A stretch of DNA of 12,393 nucleotides from Candidatus Heimdallarchaeota archaeon. GTDB taxonomy: Archaea > Asgardarchaeota > Heimdallarchaeia > Heimdallarchaeales > Heimdallarchaeaceae. The stretch spans positions 1 through 12,393 of the forward strand of contig DAOVET010000079.1 of the NCBI GenBank assembly GCA_030668825.1, read 5' to 3'. Below the pieces are notes generated by a model that had not been told where the DNA came from, searched no databases, and saw nothing but the letters and a program-made list of their open reading frames with translations. The translations under genes and the position numbers were made by a program. Below, piece after piece: positions 8,234 through 12,393 of this stretch. How positions within the stretch are numbered: the first letter of the stretch is position 1; each line of letters begins with the position of its first letter.

Positions 8234-8413
8234 AGTTCAAGCAAACTTCAAGAAAAGTGCTATATCAATTTAATGATTAAATACAATAAAGAAAAATAAG
8301 GTAAGAGAGGGGTTAAAATCAGTCTTTATGAATGTTTATAGGATTTAAAATATCCCTAAACAATAAACTTTCTCAATAACGATTTGAAAACCTACTTAGA
8401 GTGTCGAACAAAG

Positions 8414-8421
8414 TTTTTAAA
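8414..8421 (+). promoter_or_regulatory. TATA box for plsY
   Basis: TTTTTAAA preceded by purine-rich GAACAAAG (BRE-like), about 22 nt before the ATG at 8444. Confidence 0.5.
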
Positions 8422-8443
8422 GAAGCTTAGAAGAGATTCTGAC

Positions 8444-9190
8444 ATGATATCTATTGATGTTCTTTGGGCAGCAGGAATAGGTTATCTTTTAGGTTCAATT
8501 CCAATTGCTTGGATTGTTGTTAAATTATGGTTAAGAATAGACATACGTACAGTTGGTTCTAAAAATGTAGGAGGTAGAAACGTAATTCGAGCATTTCAAG
8601 CAGAAGGAAAACCAAAAGGATTGGCTTATACTGTTGGAATGATAGAAGCTATACTTGATATGTTAAAGGGTTTCTTTGCCATGTGGTTAACTGTATATAT
8701 CTCGTTCGCATTTAGTAATAGTGATCTCTGGGTAGTCGCTTTTGCTGGTCCTGCAGCAATTCTAGGTCATAATTGGCCCATATGGCTTTGGGGTCCAGGA
8801 GGAAAAGGTGTTGCATCTACCTTGGGTTCTATGATATTCTTTAATCCAATATTCTTACCTATATGGTTAGTAATGTATTTCATTTTGGGATCAGCTATCA
8901 TGTATAGTGCAATAACATATTTAGTAAGTTTCATCGTTATGGGTGTTCTCTTCATCTTTTGGGGAACATACATTTGGACTTGGGTTTCTCCAACAACCGG
9001 TATTGCGGATTTAAATAATCCAGCTGTAACTGGCATATTTGGTTGGGTAGCATTCGCCACAATGATAGCTATTACTTTAGTTGTTCTTTCACGACAAGGA
9101 GAAAACTTCAGAAAGATTAAGACTGGTGAAGCTAAAAAGATGAAACTATGGAAAATATTCCAAGGAAAAGCAGATGAAGCTTTAAAATAG
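8444..9190 (+). CDS. plsY: Glycerol-3-phosphate acyltransferase PlsY family protein
   Basis: GYLLGSIP, DIRTVGSKNVGGRN (motif 1), LDMLKG, GHNWPIW..GGKGVAS (motif 2) and RQGENFRKIKTGEA (motif 3 variant). The ATG at 8444 is favoured over the TTG at 8384 by homology length and TATA position. Confidence 0.9.
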   Translation: MISIDVLWAAGIGYLLGSIPIAWIVVKLWLRIDIRTVGSKNVGGRNVIRAFQAEGKPKGLAYTVGMIEAILDMLKGFFAMWLTVYISFAFSNSDLWVVAFAGPAAILGHNWPIWLWGPGGKGVASTLGSMIFFNPIFLPIWLVMYFILGSAIMYSAITYLVSFIVMGVLFIFWGTYIWTWVSPTTGIADLNNPAVTGIFGWVAFATMIAITLVVLSRQGENFRKIKTGEAKKMKLWKIFQGKADEALK

Positions 9191-9197
9191 CTGACAC

Positions 9198-9220
9198 TTT
9201 CCTTTTTTCTTCTTTCTTTT
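9198..9220 (+). terminator. Oligo-T terminator after plsY
   Basis: Pure pyrimidine, T-rich tract starting about 7 nt after the stop codon. Confidence 0.55.
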
Positions 9221-9347
9221 ATGATATCTTTATAACAAAATGATAAATAGAAAAAAAAATATCTTGGATACTTGAAAATAATCTATCCAAAATCTATTTC
9301 TCAATAATTTGATTACACCAAATTAGATATTAAATTGAAGCAAATAA

Positions 9348-9355
9348 TTTTATAA
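9348..9355 (+). promoter_or_regulatory. TATA box for the S8 peptidase (leaderless)
   Basis: TTTTATAA preceded by GAAGCAAA, 23 nt before the ATG at 9379. Confidence 0.55.
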
Positions 9356-9378
9356 GTTACTTTAGTCAGCTAATAATT

Positions 9379-10575
9379 ATGAAAAAAGGATTCAAACATG
9401 TTTTAGCTACTTCATTATTAATTGTTCTATTTTCACTAAATTACAACTCTGCAATGAGTAAACCTGACATAGCTCTACCTCCAAATATGAAAGCTAATGA
9501 TGAAGGATGGCATCTTTCACATATAAGTATTCATGGGGCATGGGAGAAGACATATGGAAATGAAAGTCTAACTATTGCAGTAATTGATTCTGGTATAGAC
9601 TTTTCTCATCCACAATTAGTAGGAAAATCCTGGAATAATGCAGATGAAATTCCAGAAAATGGGTTAGATGACGACAGTAATGGTTATATTGATGATACAG
9701 CTGGATGGGATTTTGTTTCCAACGATAGTATTCCTGGACCAGATGTTGTAGATCCTATTCATTGGCATTCTACTTTCATTTCAGGTATCATAGCAGCTCC
9801 ACTTGATGGAGTTGGTGTTGCAGGAGTTGCACCTAATGTGACTATTATGGATATAAGAGTCCTTAATTTAGATAATTATGCTGGGACAACATATGAGGAA
9901 TTTGGAGATGCTATACGTTATGCTGCAGATAATGGTGCAGATATTATTAACCTAAGCCTTCATTATTATAACGCGACTGAAGATTATCATGATGACATTA
10001 TATATGCTATTAATCAAAACATTCCTGTAGTATCTGTAACAGGTAACACTTACTTATCGTATGGGGGAGGAAGATATTTCCAATCATATCCAGGAGGTTA
10101 TGATGAAGTTATTTCAGTTGGTGCAACTAACGTCCATAAAGAAAAAGCAGATTATAGTAACTATGGTCCATGGACTGAACTCGTAGCACCTGTTGGAGAT
10201 GAAGCACCAGGAACTAAAATCCAAAGTTCATTTCCTCCCGATACTTATGTATCAGCTTATGGCACTTCTTTTGCTTGCCCTCAAGTTGCTGGAGTTATTG
10301 CTTTAATGAGATCCATAAATTATTCCATGTCTGTTGGTGAAATTAGAGAGATTCTTCATGAAACAGCTGATGATTTAGGAGATGAAGGTAAGGATGACTA
10401 TTTTGGGTATGGAATGGTAAATGCAACAGCAGCAGTTCTTGAAACGTATTATAGAGTATTTGGTTATCCAACAACTACAAAAACTAGCGCACCATATGTT
10501 TTACTTAGTTTTGCTGTCCTAATCCTTGTTGCCATACCAATAACTGTTAAAAAATTCAAAACAATGGAGAAGTAG
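9379..10575 (+). CDS. S8 family (subtilisin-like) serine peptidase, secreted and C-terminally anchored
   Basis: Triad motifs IAVIDSGID, HSTFISGIIAA and GTSFACPQVAG, oxyanion TGN, the NGLDDDSNGYIDD..GWDF insertion, a signal peptide, and a C-terminal TM segment followed by KK. Confidence 0.93.
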   Translation: MKKGFKHVLATSLLIVLFSLNYNSAMSKPDIALPPNMKANDEGWHLSHISIHGAWEKTYGNESLTIAVIDSGIDFSHPQLVGKSWNNADEIPENGLDDDSNGYIDDTAGWDFVSNDSIPGPDVVDPIHWHSTFISGIIAAPLDGVGVAGVAPNVTIMDIRVLNLDNYAGTTYEEFGDAIRYAADNGADIINLSLHYYNATEDYHDDIIYAINQNIPVVSVTGNTYLSYGGGRYFQSYPGGYDEVISVGATNVHKEKADYSNYGPWTELVAPVGDEAPGTKIQSSFPPDTYVSAYGTSFACPQVAGVIALMRSINYSMSVGEIREILHETADDLGDEGKDDYFGYGMVNATAAVLETYYRVFGYPTTTKTSAPYVLLSFAVLILVAIPITVKKFKTMEK

Positions 10576-10615
10576 AAACAACTTCTTCCCTTTAGCTTTT
10601 TCTGCTTCATAAATA

Positions 10616-11917
10616 TCAAGAAATAGAATATAGAATATCAAGCGCCTTAGGAATATTTTCTTCACTTATGGAACAAAATGCAACTCTTATTCCATTTAAG
10701 TCATTTACTGTATTTACAAATGGAATCGTTCCTAATCCTTTTTCTAAAAGCTTTGTTGATATCTCTGTAGCTGTCTGTTGATTTTTTATTAGATAATAAC
10801 CAAAGAATCCTGAGTTGAATTTTACAGGTTTAAGTACCTCACTAGTTATTTCTTCTCCGAGTTTCTTGATTAATTTGTATCTTCTAGAAAGAATATTCAG
10901 ATTTCTCAATTTCTCTTTTTTTATTTGTTCTTTCTTTCCTTCATCTGTTAGGACATTAGTTAATGCTTCTTGAATACCTCTAGGTGCGCTTGAAGTGTTA
11001 GTTCTTGCCGCTTTAGCCATTAGTTCTCTGACTTGAGCTTTTTCCTCTTCATCCCTTTCTGATCCAAAACCTACTGTCATTGTACCCAATCTTGCTCCAT
11101 AAGCACAGTATCTTTTTGAAACTCCATCGATTTTTACTGCAACTACATTATCATTTAAACCTACTAAATAGGGGAAAATGGAATGGTTAACAACATCATC
11201 TTCATAACAATAATTTTCGTACGCGTCATCAAGAAATAGAACTGTTGGAACTGTAATCTTTTCCAATGTTTCTTGTAATTCTTTAATTTGATCTAATGTA
11301 GGGCTAATTCCAGATGGATTGTTAGGAAAATTAAGATAAACCCCTATTTTTTTCTCTGTTTTTTGACATTCAATTAATTTATCACTCAAATTTGAGAGAG
11401 AAAGATTACCTTCTTGGTCAACTAGCTTATATGGTATTTCTTTTAGTTGCTGATTCTTGAAAAAAACATTATCTACGTTTCCCCATCTTGTATTTGGAGC
11501 TAATAATGTGTCACCTTTGTCAAAGAAAATTTGACCTGCTAACATCAATCCTCCAGTTAAACCACCACATGCAGTTATCGGAAGAGTTGAAAGATCTTCA
11601 GTTTTTTTTCTTAATTCAGTAGGATAGCTTTCTAGAGTATCTTTTTTCCAAGCTTGAACAAAAGTATGTAATCCTCTCATATTTGCATATGCGAATAATT
11701 GATCTCCTGTTAATTGTCGAAGTTCATCATAAAGAGTTGGTAGAACCATCAACCTTCCATCATCTTCAGTTGCTGTTCCTGTTGTAGCATTAATAAAGTC
11801 TGAACTCTCCTTTGCTCTTGTTTTGGCCTTTAATCCCCAAGCTATAGTGCTTGCTGAAAGATCAACATTGTTCTCTAAATATTGACCTTTTTTTGATAAA
11901 TACTTTTCAAGAATCAT
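10616..11917 (-). CDS. PLP-dependent aminotransferase class I/II
   Basis: INATTGTAT, NFPNNPSG, DDAY, DGVSKRYCAYGARLG (PLP Lys) and IRVAF. The ATG at 11917, with TTTAAATT about 25 nt upstream, is preferred over the TTG at 11941. Confidence 0.9.
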   Translation of the reverse strand: MILEKYLSKKGQYLENNVDLSASTIAWGLKAKTRAKESSDFINATTGTATEDDGRLMVLPTLYDELRQLTGDQLFAYANMRGLHTFVQAWKKDTLESYPTELRKKTEDLSTLPITACGGLTGGLMLAGQIFFDKGDTLLAPNTRWGNVDNVFFKNQQLKEIPYKLVDQEGNLSLSNLSDKLIECQKTEKKIGVYLNFPNNPSGISPTLDQIKELQETLEKITVPTVLFLDDAYENYCYEDDVVNHSIFPYLVGLNDNVVAVKIDGVSKRYCAYGARLGTMTVGFGSERDEEEKAQVRELMAKAARTNTSSAPRGIQEALTNVLTDEGKKEQIKKEKLRNLNILSRRYKLIKKLGEEITSEVLKPVKFNSGFFGYYLIKNQQTATEISTKLLEKGLGTIPFVNTVNDLNGIRVAFCSISEENIPKALDILYSIS

Positions 11918-11968
11918 CGATGTAACCAACACTAATTTCAAAATTTAAACGTTGAGTATGCTACATGG

Positions 11969-12391
11969 CTAATATGCTCTACAAGCGCATCTATCGCTTT
12001 TAAAATAATCTTCTATTTGGAAAGCATGCCATCCCTCATGACCTAGTCCCCGTTTTCTATATTCAAAAAATGATTTAACAGTAATAGAATCTCCACTTTT
12101 CCATTTATAATCAGATCTGAAATTCCATTCTTCCTCAGATAATCCTTCAATTTTTTCAATGAGTTGATTAAATGAATATTCCAATTCATCGATTATTTCT
12201 GCTACACTTTTAGACTTTCTTAAAGTAACTTGAATTTTATTAAACTCCTCTTCATTTTTTGTTCTGAACCAAACGTCTTTTCCATCCAAAAGGCTATCAA
12301 TTGATTTCATCAATTCCTTGTTCCACGCAGCTAAATGTGCAAGAATATCTTTAATATTCCAAGCTTTTACAATATGGTATTGAACAAGTTC
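11969..12391 (-). CDS. DinB/ClbS-DfsB-like four-helix bundle protein (5'-truncated by window edge)
   Basis: The frame stays open beyond the listed TTG at 12313: ELVQYHIVKAWNIKDILAHLAAWNKELMKS. WxIKDILAHL, LSEEEW and HEGWH (HxxxH) are DinB superfamily hallmarks. Confidence 0.8.
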   Translation of the reverse strand, partial: ELVQYHIVKAWNIKDILAHLAAWNKELMKSIDSLLDGKDVWFRTKNEEEFNKIQVTLRKSKSVAEIIDELEYSFNQLIEKIEGLSEEEWNFRSDYKWKSGDSITVKSFFEYRKRGLGHEGWHAFQIEDYFKSDRCACRAY

Positions 12392-12393
12392 CT

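Noticed and set aside
8767-9060. 97-aa minus-strand ORF
   Set aside because: Antisense to the well-supported plsY.
1-12393. CRISPR array, tRNA or rRNA
   Set aside because: Intergenic gaps are short and AT-rich, with no regularly spaced repeats or GC-rich structured segments seen by eye.

Overview
AT-rich window that looks archaeal, most like Asgard/Heimdallarchaeia (inferred). The evidence is TATA boxes about 23-30 nt upstream of apparently leaderless ATGs, oligo-T terminators, a single-OB-fold SSB, and secreted proteins with C-terminal anchors. There are 13 supportable CDSs: a partial DUF1015 protein, an ACP-like protein coupled to an LLM/F420-type oxidoreductase, SSB, a GT-C (PIG-M/GT87-like) membrane glycosyltransferase, a compact serine recombinase, a beta-helix surface protein, a hypothetical protein, an Eis-like GNAT, PlsY, an S8 peptidase, a class I/II aminotransferase and a partial DinB-like protein. 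The most notable signal is two bacterial-type fatty-acyl lipid proteins in an apparent archaeon, each altered at its key residue: the ACP has Lys in place of the phosphopantetheine Ser, and PlsY has Gln in place of the motif-3 His. No rRNA, tRNA, CRISPR array or complete mobile element was seen. All family calls come from motif recognition by eye, not database searches.
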